DNA from: Octopus sinensis
Lineage: Eukaryota
Length of the DNA stretch: 64,000 bases
Assembly: GCF_006345805.1 (NCBI RefSeq)
Contig: NC_042999.1
Coordinates: 126,666,001-126,730,000, forward strand
Direction: 5' to 3'
Numbering within the stretch: the first letter of the stretch is position 1; each line of letters starts with the position of its first letter. Position numbers and translations under genes: made by a program. The notes below the pieces were generated by a model. The model had not been told where the DNA came from. It ran no database searches and saw nothing but the letters and a program-made list of their open reading frames with translations. This document shows positions 23,816 through 39,500 of the stretch, in pieces.

Positions 23816-26542
23816 AACAGACTCACAGACTTGATATTCTAAAACCAAGGTGCCATGTAAAAAGCAGCTGGTACACTCTGAAGTTGTTGGCATTGGGAAG
23901 GGCATTCAGCTGCAGAAACCAAACCAAAACAGACTATTGAACCTGATGCAGACCTTGGCCTTGCTAGTTCCTGTCCTGTCAAGCCATCCCCACCATGCCA
24001 ACATGGAAAACAGATGTTAAATGATGTTTTCAGTTGATTAATATTTGAGTTTGTTTGTTTGTTGAGGGCGGTAAGCTCGCAGAATTGTTATCTTGCCAAG
24101 CAAAATGCTTAGTGACATTTTATCCATCTTTACATTCTGAGTTCAAATTCCACCAACGTCAACTTGATTTTTTTCATCCTTTCAGGGTAGATAAAATAAG
24201 TATCAGTTGAGCATTGGAGTCAATGTAATCAACTCCTTCCTCCTCCTCACCCAAACTTGCTGACCCTGTGCCAAAATTTGAAATCAATATTTGAGATTGT
24301 TGCTGTTGTTACCAAAATGCTATGTCATTATTGCTGAATGTGTAAGATGTCATTTGTGGTATTAGATGTTTGGTTTGGATAGGAGTTAGCTAAGCTACAA
24401 ATTGATGACATAAATATATGCAGCTAAAAATATTAGCAAAGAGATAATTGATTTTATAGGAAGAAAAAGGTTGTGGAAGTGATTTGAAAATACCCAATGT
24501 GGTACTGGATATTGGACATGGTTTCAAATCAAATTACCATGTGAGGAAGTTGTAAATAATCATATTTCAATATGTCTATAAGAATGGAAGTTAATTCAAA
24601 TATTTTCACAGTTGTGGTATTCTTAGGTAGGTTCATGGTGAAAGAAAAAAAATTAGGTTTAATGCAGGCATGGTCTGTAGTAGGTGCAGGTATGGCTGTG
24701 TGGTTAAGAAGTTCACTTCCCAATCACATAGTTTCAGGTTCAGTATCACAGTATGGCACCTTGGGTATCTCTTTCTCAACATATTCATGATTGAATTTCA
24801 TCTGATATTACACACTTTGCTCATGTGCAAACCTAATTTCTATACTGATATATCTATGTAAATGTGCCAACCAAAGCCGTGAGAGTGGATTTCTTACATG
24901 GAAATTGGAAGAAATCTGTGTGTGTGTGTGAGATAGTGAGTGAGTGAGTGAATGAGTCTCCTTGTCTTGACATCATGGGATAGTTATGAGTGTCACTGTC
25001 ATATAAGTGAAGTTCCTCGTGAGGGTTGATGATAGGAAGGGCATCTTGCCATAGAAAAATCTGCCTCAACAAATTCCTTCTGACCTATGCAAGCATGGAA
25101 AAGTGAACATTAGAACAATGATGCTGATAATAAAGACAAGAATGACCTCAGTAATGTATAAGTGCAATTGCTGAAATGTTATTAGGACCAATTATTTTGT
25201 TTGTAATAAAGACATATTTTACAGTTTACAATTTTAAGTATGAAAAGGGTTTGAAAGAATTTTGTAAAATAGATTTAATATGTATGGAAAAAAAACGAAG
25301 ATGGACATAATGGAGAAATGAATGTGTTAGCTTTCGTAGCAATGGTATTAATGAGCAAACTTTTTCTACTGAGAATTTAAAGATATGACAATTCACCAAA
25401 GTTCATGTAAATATATACTTTACAAGCAAATAACAAGTGTTTTGTTAACTCAGCCTTATACTTTCAGCATCTCCTCTACTACTCTTAAGTTGTTGCTGCT
25501 TTCTTCATCATCATGTTTTTTAATGAATGACTATGATGAACATTAGAGTTATAAATGAGCAGGAGTTTAATTTTGTTGAACAAATTATCTGCAGAAGTAG
25601 GCTGCGTGGTTAAGAAGCTTGTTTTCCAATCATGTGGTCTTAAGTTCAGTTCCATTACACAACACCTTGGGCAAGTGTATTCTACTGTAGCTTCAAGCAG
25701 ACGAAAACCTTGTGAATGGATTTTATAGACGGAAGCTGAAAGAAGCCTGTTTTGTGCACGTGTGTGTGTGCTTCCTTGTCTAGACATCATGTGATGGTTG
25801 TAAATAAGCATCATAATATACAAGCAATATTTGTTTCCAATATTCTGTGAAAAACATGTCTAGCTATGGGAAAATATCTTGCTTGGAAACAGATGAGAGT
25901 TAGTGACATGAAGGGCCATAAAATATTTGCCTCAACAAATTTCATCTGGCCCATGCAAGCATGGAAAGTGGGCAATAAATGTTGATATGTATCCACAAAA
26001 TCTGTTCACTTTGTATTAACTGACCATTTCTGGAACTTAATTTATCTTCTTGGTATGCATCAATTGGTACTGAAGTTTTGAACATGGAGAGTTTGTACTT
26101 GCAAGGGATTCATGAAAGAAAATCATTGGTCACATAACCATATTTTCCAGTATACAAGCTGACATTGTACATAGTGTAAATATTCAAACATTGTCACTAT
26201 ATTTCCAAATCCTGCTACATTTCACATAGAATTTTTGGTCCTCCAAAATCATCTTGGTGTATAAGTTAACCTACCATTTTTGGCTGCAAAATTTGGACTG
26301 AAAAATTTGACTGCATCCCAGAAAATACAGTAATTTAAGTAGAAGCTTAATTGCTGGTTCTTTGATCAAGTGGTATAACAATTCAAGTGGTATAATAAAC
26401 AGAGAGGCGAGAGTTCAATATGGCAAAAAGTACAAAATGACTTTATTTTAAGTCCTAAAGCACTGAAATACTGAATTACAGTGATTGAATATTCTGAGAT
26501 TACTAAATGATAATGAATTCAGATGGTGGAGAAGTGACTGAA

Positions 26543-27512
26543 TTAAACTAAATATCTTGATCCACAAAGGGAATCTTCACAAAAAGTACAACTATGGGGT
26601 TCAGTTGTACATAGACCAGCTGCATCTGGTGGTGAAAAAGAAAAGAAAAAAGACAATTTTAGCTTAGAAATAACTGGACATTTTTTTTTTAAAGCTAGCT
26701 GATTTGTTGAAACATTACAATTTACGAACCAAATATAGCAGGAATGTATAGCATATCATAACATTTTTTTGCTTAATGTTATTTACACTTTCCTTTGTAT
26801 ACTAGAATAGACATGATGATTGGCTAAATTCACATTTGCAATAATTATTGGTGTAATTATTTTACAACCGATGTTTTTAAAATTTTTATTCTTTATTCTC
26901 TATTTTTGCAAAGTGAAGTAGCAGTGGCTATAGTTATCTTGTTAGTGTGTAGTGAGTTTATTCTGTGACCTTAGTAAACTTATTATGAAACAATTTGGTT
27001 CAAAATGTCAAACTAAAAAAAAAACAAAAAAAAAAACTGAGGACAAGACACACTGTATTCAATAATAAAATACATGTAACTTCTGAAATCTAAAAGCATA
27101 AAGATGACGAGAAAGACTGAAACTGAAAAAGTACTTAGAAGGATAAATATATACTTACCAGTAGTTACACTTATCGGCATAGCAACACTACTACAGAGAG
27201 AACATCTTCGGTAAGGAATCTCCTTACAGGGAAGTAAGGATTTACAGCATCGACCTGTAATAGTTGAACAAGATATTTTCAAAAAAACCAGAATAAACTG
27301 ATTAACTTTAGTTTAGTGCTGCCTGCTTTTAGCAGTGATACTGAAATGTATGAGTGTGTGTGTATCTCTCTCTATATATATAAGAAAGTAGCAGGTTAAA
27401 AGAAGCACTGTCAGACTATTTAGAATCAAGAACTCAAAGTAAGAAGTTTGAAAGTCAAAATTTTAATCCATAACTCTGACAGAATATATTTTGTCAGACT
27501 CACAATTATTGA

Positions 27513-27549
<37 letters not shown>

Positions 27550-30500
27550 GTGCAGGCTTAGTGGTTAAGGTGTTGCACTCATGATTACAAAATCGTGGGT
27601 TCAATTCCCAGACCAGGCATTGCTTTGTGTTCTTGAGCAAAACACTTCATTTCATCAACTGTCATGTGGTACATGGTGCACCTGTACAAATAATGTTGAT
27701 TTGATGGAAGGAGTAAGCTTACATGTACACAAACGTGTGATCATTATAAACAAATCATGTGTGGTTATTTGACAAGAAATTGCTGAACCCTTATATATTG
27801 TCTAATGACAGGAAAGTCCATGATATATATATATATATGCTGAGTTCAAAGGACTTCAACAGCCATTGCATTTTTTCCAGCCAGTTGGTGGGTTGGCTTT
27901 GTGAGTAAGCACCAGAAATATTTGGGCATTTGCTTACAGACTTCCCAATCAGTCTGGGAAATATGTTGAACATACACATGTCAGTGTAATGTTCTGCCCA
28001 CTTACACATGAATTCAGTCGATTGAACAACTTCATTTTCAAATGAAATTTTCATTGAAGCTTCATTTCCAAATGAAGAGGTCCATCACCATCATTTGAAA
28101 CTCTGTACATGATATAGAAATTAAAGAGAGAAAACTCTTACCAAATGTATGGTTTCCAGAACAAGCTACTGACATAACATCCACATCTTCAAGAAGTAAA
28201 ATAGTTAAGGAGCAATTCAACATTTCAAAATGAAAGCCAAGTCCACATTTGACCTTAATACTGAACATCGTTTTCAACAAAATTTGTTTCAAATATTGAT
28301 GTTGTTCAATTTCCATATGCTATTATATTGTATATCAATAAATCCCACTAACTATTCAAGAATATCCATCAAAAGCCGATAGAGGTGGGCACCAGAGTCT
28401 TTTTAGGGTGTTCACCTTGCAAAGCCCTCAACCAATTTGGCTTCATAGAGAGGGCAAAGAAGAGGGTCAATTCTCAACCACTTGGGCTTCATAGAGGAGA
28501 AAACTACCAGATGTAATTTGGATAAAAAGTGCTGATATATGGACTGCTGCTGGGATGCAAGTGGAGAGATCTAATGAATCCTCAGTTGGGTTCACTGGGT
28601 GAAGATGTCTGATGTTGAAAGGCTCAAAACACCTGATGACCTCAGGATACAACACTGATAATGTGTCCCAGTTCATCCAAATGTAACTTGCACAATATTT
28701 GAAGACCACATTAAATAACAAGTTTGACAGAATTTTTACCAATTTTTAAGCATATATAATAGGTAAAACTTTAAAATGTTCAAGTGGCCTAGTGGATAAA
28801 AAACATTATTAACCATAGTTTAGAAATAAAGATTCTTAGTTCAAATCCAGTCTGATACTAAGTATACACCCAGAAAAAAGATGAAGTCAGTTGAACTGTA
28901 GATGTAAACATTAAAAAAAAAAGTGCTCCCTAAAGATGAGGTTAACAAACTAATAAATTACAATCCTGTTAAAATATAACAAGTAATCCCAAAACACTAT
29001 TCAAGCTAATGAGGGAGCCTCTAGATCAGAGGTCCTCAACTTGGGTAGTACCATCCCCAAAGAAAAGGGTATTAGGCTTTAGAGGGTGGTGACGTAACAT
29101 ATTTTACCTATTGTAGTAATTATATCATAGAGGGTAAAACTAGTAATGGTTATTAAAATAAAATGAAGTTTCATAAGGCAGGGAAAGTCATTAACTTGTA
29201 ATGTATAAAGTAAATTTATAACTTTTATCTTTATCAATTTTTTTTATCATTTCACAGTTAAAAGCTTACATGATCCATTTTTAGGGAAAAATTTATAAAT
29301 TATTATCATCAATGGAGAAAGTTACTTTAGTTATCATACCTCACTCGCCACTTATGTAGGTGCTAGGCATAACAACTACTTATGGTTTATTTACATTGCT
29401 GTAACTTAGTGGTTCAGCAAAAGATACCCAATAAACTAATTAGTCATCAGAGGCATAAACAAGACTGAAGGGAAGAGGCCAAATAAATTATCGGACACAC
29501 TATAAAACGACACCGCTGACCAATAAACTAGGTACTAGGCTTTAAAAAACACATTGCCTTGGAGTCGATTTGTTTAAATAGAACCATTTACCACAATACC
29601 CCAGCATGACTGTGGTCCAATGACTGAAACTAGACAAAACATAAAATGATTTTACTTTATCTGTTAATTTAACAAGAAAAAAGGATATGTTCTCCACAAA
29701 TTGGACAATCTTCTTCAAATATGATGATTGAATGTTCTATGGAAGAGAGCATTTTTTTGACCGCTGCTGCAATAGAATCCCATCTGGAGAAGTGGTACAT
29801 CCGGGCATTTAACCATTGGCAGATTGATGAAATAATTCGTAATTCTGTATAAAAGATAAAAAGGAAATGGCTTTAAGTTAGCAAAAGTGCAAGTTTTAAA
29901 AGAATAAACAGAAATCAAAGGTGGAAGATATTTAAAAAGAAAAAGATAGAGAAAAAAATCATAAAGGTATGTTCTTTATGTCCATGCCTACCCACCTCTG
30001 CACACAATCTATCCCCAGACAAACCTCTACCCCATAACTCATCTTCCAACACCTCCACCTCTCCCAATTGGACTCATCACCCACTGTATTTCCCACCCCT
30101 TTATCTCTCACTCACCTGCACAAACCTACTGGCACACATTTTGTCCTTATTGAATCTCTTCTCCCATAATATATCCTTCAAGCACACCCCTCCCTCTATC
30201 TACTAGCTGCATTTTCCTCCACCTTCCATCTCCTACTCTCTGTTCACAATCTTGTGAACTCACCCACCCACCCACTTACCCTCACCAATCCCCAGTCCAC
30301 TTTGCTATATACACCAACCTGTAACTAAGGTACGTCTCCCCAACACCACCATAACATTTCCATCGTCTTCTCCCTCACCCCCGAGACAGCCATGTTTCTT
30401 TTCTTCTGCAAGACATCTTTTTTCCGTCCCTTGCTACTACTCTTCCCACTCAGTTGCAGTGTCCTATTTTGCAAGTTATTCAGTGACTTCATAATTGCTG

Positions 30501-33500
30501 GTGTCATGTAAAAAGCACTCAGTACACTCTGTAAAACCATGCCAAAGCAGACAGCAGAGCTTGGTACAATCTTCTGACTTGCTAGTTCCTGTCAAACCAG
30601 CCAAGTCATGCCAGTATGGAAAATGGACATCCTGTCACCCTCTATTATGCTTATGCATAATACACATGACTGGGGTACATACATGCAACAAACATCATAT
30701 TGTATTTTTTTGCTATAATAATAAGGAAGCATGCCAGTTGGCTGAATAAAACATGTGTATGTTATAAAAAGCTTAGAAATGCCAATTACATTTCCTGTTT
30801 TTCTTATTACTATACACACACACACACACACAGAGGCATTGTATCACTGTTTTATATCTGCTTTCCAATGCTTACATGAGTTGGTCCAAGTCAATTCTTA
30901 TTTTGAGTCAACAAACAAAAGAAAATTGCCTAAGAATCAATTTTGCAGAACATAAAATTAAACTAATATAGTGTTATGTGCTGACATAAGCCATTTCAAT
31001 GTAAAAAGGCAAATATGAATAATACAAATCATCTGTGAAAAGCAAAAAATATAAAATACTGCAATGAATCTTTCATTATGAGCACTTACCTAAATTATCC
31101 AGTTCTGTGATGCGTGGAATCAAAGTATTGACAATATAAGGCTGGATAAACTTGAACATGAGCAGAGTATGAAGATACTTCAGTGATTCTTTATTGTTAG
31201 ATGCAAATGATGAACTTGATGATGTAAGTGATGGTTGAGAAGATTGACCATGCTAGAAACGACAACAACAGTTATTATTATAATTACCACCACCACCACC
31301 ACCACCACCACTACTACCACCATTACAACCATTGTCAAAAGACAGATACAATAGTGGCAAAAGACCACTTTACAACAAAAAGGTTTCTATCTAGCAAAAT
31401 CTGAAAGACAGAAAATAAAAGCAAGAACAGCAACAACAGCAGGCCACAGAAACTGTTATTCTCAAAGTACCACAATTCAAGGCCTTAGAGATCATAGTAA
31501 GAGATTTCTTTGAGTGGTCACAAGTTGCCTCAAAATAGCAACTGAAGACCTCTACATCACAAAGCAAAAATACTGAAAGTACAATCGTACTCATACTTTC
31601 TAAGTGTGCAAATACCTAGCTCAGTACCACAACAGAAACCCCACATAACTCCAATTATTTTCAGATCCAGACAAAAAAAAGAAAGGTAAGTATATTCACA
31701 AAATTCAATAAAATTCATATGGTCTAGAAATTTGTTAACAATGAAAAGCAAAGAGACAACAACAAAGAAATTTTACTGCTTAGCAGTTGAAAATGCACTT
31801 TAGGGTTACTTGCTTTGAATATTAATAAGTGGTTATCCATCACCTGACCAGCTTATGATCAATAAGAAAGAAGGATGCCTACCACTGAAAACATAAAAAA
31901 TACTAGCACAATTGCACAACAGTTTCTGGTTCATGCTGAAGAGCTACTGCAGTCAAATAGAACCAGAAATCACCAACGTTTGTCCAGATTGCAATTGTCC
32001 CACACTTCCTAACTATCCCGCTAATCTAAATACAGTGGACATGAAACAATCCAGGAAAATAGCAGAATATCTTCAACTCAAATTGCAACAATGAACTTCA
32101 ATTGAAGCAGTGACAACACAACATTAAAACTGAAACAAATTTGAAGTAACTATATGAGATATTGCAATTCTTTAACTGCTAGGCCATTTCACCTGCATTA
32201 AAAAATGTCATTTTTATTAAATTAACAAAGTCAAAGAAGGAAGTAAAAAATACTTACAAGGTCAAAGCTATGTTCCCCCATGATTATAAGTTTGCGTGTA
32301 TTTTTATCCAGTGATAAAAGGCATCTAAAAATGAATTAATCAATCATTGAATTTAAAAAAGAAAAAAAAAATTATTCTTTGTTTTAATAAATTTCTAATG
32401 ATGTGAGAAATGGATTCATGGTAGATGTATGAAAATGAAGGTGACCCCAAGACTGGTGAGAGAGGTTGTTTGTGGAAGATATGAGAAAGGAGCTGGAAGG
32501 CTGGATGAGGTGATGAGGTGGAGACAGTGACAGGGTTTTGTTATTTGGGAGATGGGGTGAATGTAAGTGATGGATGTGAAGCAGCTGTGACAGCAAGAGT
32601 GAGACTTGGCTGGGTGAAGTTCAGGAAATGTGGAGCGTTGTTATATGGGAAAAGGTTCTCATTGAAGATGAAAGGAAAGGTCTAAAGGAGTTGTGTGAGA
32701 GCTGCAATGCTGTATGGGAGTGAGACATGGTGTTTGAGGGAGAGAGAGATGGCAATTTTGAGAAGGACAGAGAGCAATGGTGGGAGAAATGTGTGGCATG
32801 AGGCTGTTTGATAAGAGGAGGACTGAGGACTTGATGGGGATGCTGGGGTTGGAGGAATCAATAGAATGGCTGGCAAGGGCAAATGGAGTGTGTTGAGGAG
32901 GGATGAGGAGCATGTTCTGAAGAGGGTGCTAGAGTTTGAGGTAAATAGACAGTGAAAGCGAGGTATACCGGGGGACAGGTGGAGGAAGAGATTGGGAGGG
33001 TTGGCTTGAGAAGGGAGGACACCCAAAACTGGGCAAGATGGCGAGATGGTGTGAGGGCAGTTGCTATGGCATTGAGGTAGATCTGGCCACCCCTGTTAAT
33101 GGGGACAAAACCTGAATTTAAAATGATGAATGATGAACTCAGAAATAATGTAAAACATTTAGAATAACATAAATACCTGATCATTCGTAGTTGAGTGAGA
33201 GAGAGACCAGGCCAGGAGTCCATATCTGTGAGAAGGTGCAACACAGATGGAGCTATCAGAGGTTTGTCATTCATCAAACCCCATAGATAAAGAAGCAGTA
33301 CATCATGGATATCTCGAATTCCCCCTGAAACAGACAAGAACAATTAGTAAACAATAATACAGAGAAACAACTTTTGATAAGTTATTTTCATGGAGAACAT
33401 GGGATGAAATGCTAAGTAATATACAAGTGAGGAGCCAAACAACTATAATGAATATTAGAATAAACTAGAAATCAACCCATGCTTCACTTACTCTTCATTG

Positions 33501-36500
33501 TGCATGACTATAAGTCATCCATAACACCACATTATCTAGTAGTTGTTTAGCCCCAAGTCAACTCTGATTAAGCAAACCTACAATCAAAAACATTAAAATT
33601 ATGACAATCCCCTTTTTTTCAGGGAAAATGTACCCTGGATTACATTATCCAACCTTTTTTTAAGATGGCAGCATGTGATTTGAGTGAGGTTTGGCTTCTA
33701 TTTCAAGTGGATTGATTGACCACTTAGATAATTACTCAAAGGTTCATATCTCAATATCTTTTAAAAGGCAGTCTCATCATCATGGTAATAGAAGGAACAT
33801 ATAAATATTCATTCTCTTTAATCTTTGAATAGAAATAAAAGTCTGTAATTTGGCTAAGAAACAAGCATTGTAAAAAGTAAATGTGAGCTGCAATATAGTT
33901 AACAATTTAATGAAGAGAAATATTTTCGACAGTTCAGGTTTTGCTATTACATTTTGAAAATTTTTACTTTCATTTAGCCACTCACTTTGACCATTTCTGC
34001 TCATTCTCCTTCTTTCCATCAAAACAGTTTGATAACACTGTCTCACAAATTCTAATTTTTTTTTTATCTTTAGTCAATAAATATTATTTCTTATTTGTTT
34101 CTGTCAAGAAATCAAAGGAAGTGACTACTATTCCCTTCAAACTTTGTTTTTGTGACCTGGACATCAAGAGGATCAGTTAATTATAATTTTATTGAACACA
34201 CTTATTGCAGTGGTCTTTCAGTTTTTGTAAGCCCTGTAAAAGAACTCAGAAGGTTGGGCCTCCAGTCAGGCCTTTTGCAATACCCTTAAACCCAGGAACT
34301 TTTCAGCACACCCTTTAGTCAAAATTTATTTTAAAATTCATCATTTACTTTATTTTTCATGTTACATACTTTTCCAAACATTAAAATTGGATACTTGCAA
34401 AAATATAAATTGATTTATTTGAACTGGTGTAAAAAATATATTTTACTGTACATAGTTAATCATTCAACTAAAGAAAGCAGATAAATGTGGATAAAAAAGG
34501 AACATAAAACAATAACTGTATTAAGATTTCTACTCATTATATATTCAAGCATGTATTATTTCACACCAATGATGTATATTTACTCTCACATTTAGTCATG
34601 ATCAATACAAATCAAAAAACTACTTACTATGTTCAGAGAGCTGCAGAATATCAGGGTATTCTGGCCACAAGCTCAGACGGCTGACACACAGCTATAAAAA
34701 TAAACAGAGACAAAAAATAGTTATTTCTTACATAAGCAAAAGCTCCTAGACTTATAGACAGAGAAAAAAATGAGAGAGAGAGAGAAAAGAAAGAGTGCAG
34801 GGGAAGGTTGTATAAAAAGTAATATAATGTCATAGAAGCAAAACTTGAACTACTTTTGCACAGTAACATTACAATGTAAGATATGTGTGCATGTGTGCTT
34901 ACCTCCAATAACTGATCTAATTTTAAGAGTATTCCATGTAAATGTACAAAATAGTAATAGTGAATGTGTGTGTGTGCACACATATATATATATATAAAAC
35001 TATAGAAAAATACAAATATGTGTATCATGTTGTAATTGTAAGAGTATGTTTTTTGTTTCTTTACATGTGTATGAAGATGTAATCCACTCAATTTTTTGTA
35101 TTTCTCCACGTATAAGGTAGATCTTACTGTTTACTATTAGATATGAATAAATGACAATTAGGCTAAGGGGTATGCTGAAAGTCTGGAAAATGACATATAA
35201 TAAAAGATGACAATATCTTAGCTCACCATCAAAGGTTCCTTCAATTGCTTCTGATCAAAAGGGCAAGCAGGGCATGCGACAACAGCTAACAATGAAGCAT
35301 TTGGTGAGAGAGCTACACCGATGTATTGTAAAGCAAAAACGGGGCAGTCGATAGTTATAGGAAATAATTTACTATCCAACTTTAACTCTGGAAATAGGGT
35401 AAAAGAAAATGAATGAGTACAAAATCAGAAACTGAAGATTATTTTTAAGATTAATCATAACAAACATTAAAATTTTGACATGATCAATTGAAATATTGAT
35501 TTCAAATTTTGGCACAAGAGCAGCAATTATGATAGAAGATCTACTCAATTACATTGACCCCAGTGCTCAACTGGTACTTATTTTATTGACCTTTGAAGGA
35601 TGAAAAGCAAAGTCGACCCTTGGGGAATTTGAACTCTGAAGGTAAAGATGGACAAAATGTCACTAAGCATTCTGCCTGGCGTGCTAATGATTCTGGCTGC
35701 CTTGATCTATTGAAATATTAATGATTTCATTCTTAGGGTATTAACTAATCACATATTCTGTTTTATAGGTAGTTGATAATATAAATAGTGATTGATTGTA
35801 CAATCTTGTTATAAACACTAATTTTATATAAGTAAATAAGAGGTACATTAGTTGAGGGGTCAAAATGCTGGACTATTGAGTATATGGTCATAAGTTAAGA
35901 TCTTACTAGAGTTGCACCCTTAAACAATCTACCTAACTTGTATGAGAAGAAAAAAAGTGGTTCAACTCCTACTCTATGGTTAAGTAATTGGCAATAAAAT
36001 GATATACAAACTGCTGGAGAGAACTGCAGTTTGGAACATAAGCTTGGTTTAACTTATTAACTCATTGCTTTATCACATCCCTGCTCACTGCTATTGGAGC
36101 AGAGATGGCTGTCTGCAAGGGTGAGCCCTGTGAGTCAAGAGTGGATGTTCTAGCATATGTCCCTCACTATCCTCCAGGGCAACACCTTTTCCATTTTGTC
36201 TGCTAGGACCATGATGCAGTCTGAATTACACTGAAAGCTTATTATATTACGATGTTACTTAAACATTTTCAATTAATTTTTAAATATGATATCATTTGTA
36301 TTGTTTGGCAACTTGAGCTAGATTCTTCGAAGGAAATGCTTATTGTGAAACATGTGTCTTGAATATTTATAAAATTATCTTCTCATATGAGAATTTGTAC
36401 AGAATTTCTAATTGTGATAAAGTAAATAACTGCTTAAAAAAACCCAACTCATTGCCTCTATTTTCTTTTTTTGATCCCTAGGATTCATAAGGCTAGTTAC

Positions 36501-39500
36501 CCATTTTCCATGGCATACAAATGACCAAGACTACAACACTCTTTCTGAATGGGACACTGGCCCAGTTGCATGGTTTAAGAACAGAAATTTAGAGGAGGTG
36601 GGTGGCAAGTCAATTACATTGGTCACATTATGTGAGTGGTACTTTATTTTATCAACCCTGAAGGAATGAAAGACAAAGTTGACAGCTATACAAGCATGGA
36701 TGAATGACTGTAAAAAAATTAAAGATTGAATCAAATCAGTATACATGGGGATACTGAAAAGTTCCTGGGTTTAAGGGTATCACAAAAGGCCTGGTTGGAA
36801 GACCAGCTTTCCAAGTTCTTTTACAGGGCTTACAAAAACTGAAGGACTGCTGAAATAAGTGTGTGAATCCGAGAGGGGAATATGTTGACTAAAATCATAA
36901 TTAACTGATCCTCCTGTATTTTCTTTTACCCAAAGCCAAGAACTTTTCAGCACCCCTTCATATTATTGGAATGTATTTTATCAATTCCAGATTATGAAGT
37001 ATCAAACTAATCATCAAAGGTAATTTACATGCCATCAAAACTATCTTCATGCAGTTTCCAATTTACCTAACAACAGATTATATATTACATAATTATATAT
37101 CAGATGACAGTAGTAGCTTGCTCTGTTCTGTTGTTTTAGTTGCTCTGTCTCAGAAAAATGAGGGTTGTTTCTTCCCATTAGCTGGCAAGGGCTTTTTTTT
37201 AATCAGACAGGTTGGTGTGACACATAAATGGTTAATACAGGTATTACTGAGTTAGGAATGTCTTGTTTGGTGAGAATATATAAGAGAGAAACAAATTCTT
37301 ATGAAGGACTGCATGTATTATTTGATGTATGCTTTATAAGTAAAGAGAAATAAGATTGAGTAGCAGAAGAAATGAAATGGCTAAAATTGAGGATTAAAAA
37401 AAGGGGTCTTTGATTTAAATTGTAGGTAATTAGACCCTACTCCCTCAGTTGATTGTTATCATCTACTTATAAAATCTTATTCATATTTTGGCAATAGAAA
37501 ATAAAGTGCTTTTACTCTTATAAGCTATATTATAGGAAAAAGAAAGCTTAGAGAAAATTAACAGACCTCACTGCCAGGAATGTGGCACAAATCAATGCAA
37601 ATACTTAGTGTTAGTAACATAACTGTCCTGATATTATCTAACCACTATTGAGAATAAGTGTCATCATTTACCTTCTTCCTTCATTGTAGCTTTTATAAGT
37701 TGAACCTTTTCATCAGAAGCCGAGAGAACCAATGTACCACTACGCGAGGACATACCTGAAAGAAAATTAGTAAAAATAATTAAAACCTTATTAACAATGA
37801 AATTTTAAATGGAAATAAACCCAAGTATATGGGAGAAAATTAGTAAACTTGTAAAGATTTACTAAAAATTAGTAAACTCGTAAAATGACAAAGTCATCTG
37901 GAAAAGAAAGATAATTTGTAGACGGAAGATGATATATTTAATTTCTTTTAATTTCAGAAAGAAATTTATATCACATTTTGCAATAAACTGTGTCATTGGT
38001 TTTTAATGGGCCAATCATTGGTTCATTGCATTTTCAATGTTAAGAGTAACAAGAACTTAAGTACCAATTTAGTGGGATAAATTTCACAAGGTATTTTGGC
38101 TCAACAAACATATATTAATTTTCTAACCAATGGATATATATCATTCACCATGATACATGCACACAAACACACACACAGCATTTTGCATAATTTCAGTTTA
38201 CAAACTGCACAAAGCCCTTGGCTCAGGTATAAAACATTTGATTAATTTTGAGGTGATCTTCTTAACCTCACAGTTCTTTATGACCCTAATTTATCTTTCA
38301 CTGAAATTTAAAGCAAAAGCTTATAATTAATATATACAAAATTTCACTTCATAAAAAAGCAATGATGATGATGATGATTTTCATCAAGTAGTTTAATATG
38401 TATATATGTACAAATATATTTTACCTGTACAGGAAAGGTTGTACTGTCCTCTGATGTGTACCATTTGAGTACAAGTTAATTTAGCTCTGTCTAACACAAA
38501 AGCCATTATAAAAAGATCTTTTGAGGCAAACAAAAGCCATTGATCCTGTAAGGAAAATAAAAACATATATGGTTAGAAACACATAAAAGGAAATTATATA
38601 TATATATTACCAATATTATGGTACTGTACCTGTTGTGTTATTTCGAATATTGTATGGTAAAACTAACTATAGTAACAAATTCTGTACAGTTAATGACACT
38701 TAAAATGGTTAAATGATCTCAAGAAATATTGAGAATTATAGACCTTATTGATAACAAAGTCATTCTCTTTTACTACAAAGGGGTGGTTATATGAACAATG
38801 TTAAAAGCACAATGTAGAACACAGGAAAAACAAGGTCAGTAAGGAAAATAGCATTAAAATGTTTTGAGCTAAAATGGAAATTAGTTAGGAATCAGCTGCG
38901 ATAGAGAGACAATGTTAGGTTAAATCTATCTAAAGTGGAACAAATGCTTAACTATTTATGATAGTTGTGGTACTGGGTATTTTATAATTGTCATATGCTA
39001 CTTAATAACATCAGAATTATTTGAGATTGAAAATATCATGCTTATGTGTACTGGTCCATAGTGCAATATAGCTTGACATTCTTTATAAAGGTTGAATAAA
39101 CTACTCCAATAGTAAATGACTTCTGAAGTGTGAAATACATCCATGGTTAGATGCTGATTCTATGAAATGATAGACTACAACAATAACCTTAACCTGTATG
39201 CAGTTATGCATCAATAATGTTTTAATGCATAATTCTTTACACTTGTCAAAAATTAATTTAATGTACTTTAATGCATTTTTGTTTTTTTAATTAGTTAAGG
39301 TAGAGATATTTCCATTTGTGAGAAAAGTGTCCTGAAAGATGAGAAGCTAGGGTGAAATATGAAATAAGCTTGGTAAAGGTTAAAGGTTAAATGAACAAAT
39401 ATGAAGTACTAAGTTCATGCTGTTTTGATATAGTGTGGCTCTCATGCTGAGCTGAGAAAAACAGATTCTGAAAGTAGGATGAAACATAAAAGCAGAAGAG

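Noticed and set aside
28062-28316. 84-aa ORF as one long GTF3C4 exon
   Set aside because: Only 28195-28142 fits the homologous motif; the upstream part contains the U12 branch site and is intronic.
28400-28760. 91-aa ORF on - inside the AT-AC intron
   Set aside because: No splice signals or recognisable domain; probably decayed TE sequence.
29669-29671. In-frame TAA suggesting GTF3C4 is a pseudogene or has a homopolymer assembly error
   Set aside because: The stop lies inside the AT-AC intron; U12 splicing gives an uninterrupted frame.
31912-32094. 60-aa ORF with a CPDC motif
   Set aside because: Resembles a LINE C-terminal zinc-finger remnant, has no splice context, and is too short to classify.
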